IMG/VR virus record: IMGVR_UViG_3300045988_001374
Length of the DNA stretch: 6,342 bases
Source of the DNA: a virus
Direction: 5' to 3' (one strand)
The notes beneath the pieces were generated by a model. That model did not search any database. It was not told the DNA's origin and was given only the letters and a program-made list of their open reading frames with translations. Position numbers and translations under genes: made by a program. This document shows positions 5,059 through 6,342 of the stretch, one piece after another; position 1 is the first letter of the stretch, and each line of letters begins with the position of its first letter.

Positions 5059-6342
5059 TTAATAAGGTAAACCATTTCTATCCAAATTCTGTACGGCATA
5101 TACTTGGAAATTAACATTACACAGCAGCTGGTCAAATGCGACAGAGCAATTAGCAGCATCAATTTGAGGGACGAATATAGAATTCAGCTGTTGGGGACGA
5201 ACCTTCATAGACTGATAAGACCAAGCACCAGAAGAGGTCAATACTTGCCAGCCGTCAAGAGGAGCAGCCCATGACTGATAAGCAGCACCAGCACGGAAAC
5301 CGGCATGAACAGTATCAATGTTAGATTTCCACTGCCAGTAACGAAGATTATAACCAAGAGCACCAGAAACATTACGACCGGGATTATTCTGAAGATTAAG
5401 AGCAGGAACAGATTGCATACCAAGTTGGTCAAACGCAGGTTGGGGGAAGTCAGAGATAGCAGTAACAGTCAACTGGGGAGCCTGACCTGTTAAATTCCAG
5501 TCCAACATAGGTACAGCATGATATACACACATAATAATCTGATGCTCAGCACCACAATCATAAGTAAGAGTATGGCCAGAATTACTAGAGACACCTTTAC
5601 CGGCAATAGAAGCCTGCGAAGAATCGGCATCAAGATTAGTATTAACTACCTCATTGATATTGATTACACTAGACCAGCCTCCAATATAATGAGCATGATT
5701 ACCCATGTACTCGGGGGCTTTAATACCAAACTGGGCAGCCATCTGGTCTGAATAATCCTTGCTGCTGAATTGGACTACTTCTTTCCAGCGCTGAAGGTAT
5801 TCGGTTGCACGAATAGAAAGGGCGGATAAATCAGCATTTAAACGCATTTGAGCATTATTACCGGGACCAGCAGTAGAAAGAGCAACAGAAGTACCTGTAG
5901 TATTAACCAATACTCCCTGAGAAGAAGGGGCTATAATAGAAGTATTAGGAAAGTTAGACAAAGTGGAGATAGGCAAAGCAGCTACCGAACCATATTGAGA
6001 AGAAGGTAACATACCCATGAAATAGTCTTTCGGATAGTTAGCGTAACGCAGTTGAACCATATCCGTAACCAACGAAATATTGCCAGTACCAGACCAATAA
6101 TCAACATTGTAAGCATAAGCCTTGTGTTTTTCCCATTGAGAATTACTAAAGAAATCATAGTAAATCTTCTGATAAGCAAGGAACGGAAGAGCATTAACCG
6201 TCTGCGAAGTCTGATAAACCAAAGGATTATTAGCATCACCAAGAGCATCAACACCTAGATATTTCTTAGTAATAGCAGCCTTACCAGTATTAGTAGAAGC
6301 AATCATAGAACCATAACCAAGCATATCAAGCAGCTTACAAGA
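5059..6342 (-). CDS. VP1: Major capsid protein VP1, C-terminal part (frame open to the window end; 6254-6342 duplicates 1-89)
   Basis: The ORF track gives 5059..6324 from an internal Met. The frame stays open to 6342 and joins 1..533 through the repeat. TAA stop at 5061-5059. Confidence 0.9.
   Translation of the reverse strand, partial: SCKLLDMLGYGSMIASTNTGKAAITKKYLGVDALGDANNPLVYQTSQTVNALPFLAYQKIYYDFFSNSQWEKHKAYAYNVDYWSGTGNISLVTDMVQLRYANYPKDYFMGMLPSSQYGSVAALPISTLSNFPNTSIIAPSSQGVLVNTTGTSVALSTAGPGNNAQMRLNADLSALSIRATEYLQRWKEVVQFSSKDYSDQMAAQFGIKAPEYMGNHAHYIGGWSSVININEVVNTNLDADSSQASIAGKGVSSNSGHTLTYDCGAEHQIIMCVYHAVPMLDWNLTGQAPQLTVTAISDFPQPAFDQLGMQSVPALNLQNNPGRNVSGALGYNLRYWQWKSNIDTVHAGFRAGAAYQSWAAPLDGWQVLTSSGAWSYQSMKVRPQQLNSIFVPQIDAANCSVAFDQLLCNVNFQVYAVQNLDRNGLPY
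6254..6342. repeat. Terminal redundancy, copy 2 (identical to 1..89)
   Basis: Exact 89-nt identity with the window start. Confidence 0.95.

Noticed and set aside
3455-6254. Hydrophobic alternative-frame ORFs on the - strand inside VP2 and VP1 (3455..3742, 4172..4378, 5238..5432, 5982..6254), plus short + strand ORFs (3603..3902, 4371..4580, 4712..4915, 5305..5493, 5518..5751, 6052..6258).
   Set aside because: Same compositional explanation as above (T-rich middle position, or the aligned antisense frame). All are fully embedded in well-supported genes and have Leu/Ile/Val-dominated or low-complexity sequences.
6254-6342. The terminal repeat interpreted as a biological direct terminal repeat, LTR or mobile-element end.
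   Set aside because: The repeat lies inside the capsid gene, and joining the copies restores a single in-frame 575-aa ORF. This is the signature of a circular contig overlap, not a physical genome end.

Overview
The window is one complete, circularly permuted ssDNA phage genome of the family Microviridae. Bases 1-89 are repeated exactly at 6254-6342, so the unit length is 6253 nt. All credible genes are on the - strand. In coding order they are: major capsid protein VP1 (split across the window ends; 575 aa once circularised), a 146-aa VP3-like protein, the 380-aa VP2 pilot/minor capsid protein, a 659-nt largely non-coding region, a 64-aa ORF, a 27-aa single-TM ORF, a 102-aa M15-family zinc peptidase, and a 559-aa HUH rolling-circle Rep (VP4). 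The genome size, the very large Rep, the lack of Shine-Dalgarno sequences and two TAnnTTTG-type promoter motifs suggest an Alpavirinae-like microvirus of a Bacteroidota host; this is inference, with no database search possible. Two things deserve a second look. (1) A roughly 285-nt GC-rich, hairpin-dense island (2921-3205) sits in an otherwise AT-rich intergenic region. It has no ATG on the gene-sense strand, contains a strong terminator-like hairpin and is bracketed by a 15/16-nt direct repeat. (2) A compact, translationally coupled module (64-aa ORF, 27-aa TM peptide, M15 peptidase) looks like an endolysin-based lysis cassette, which is atypical for a family classically associated with single-gene lysis. 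All homology calls rest on motif recognition by eye and need HMM/BLAST confirmation.
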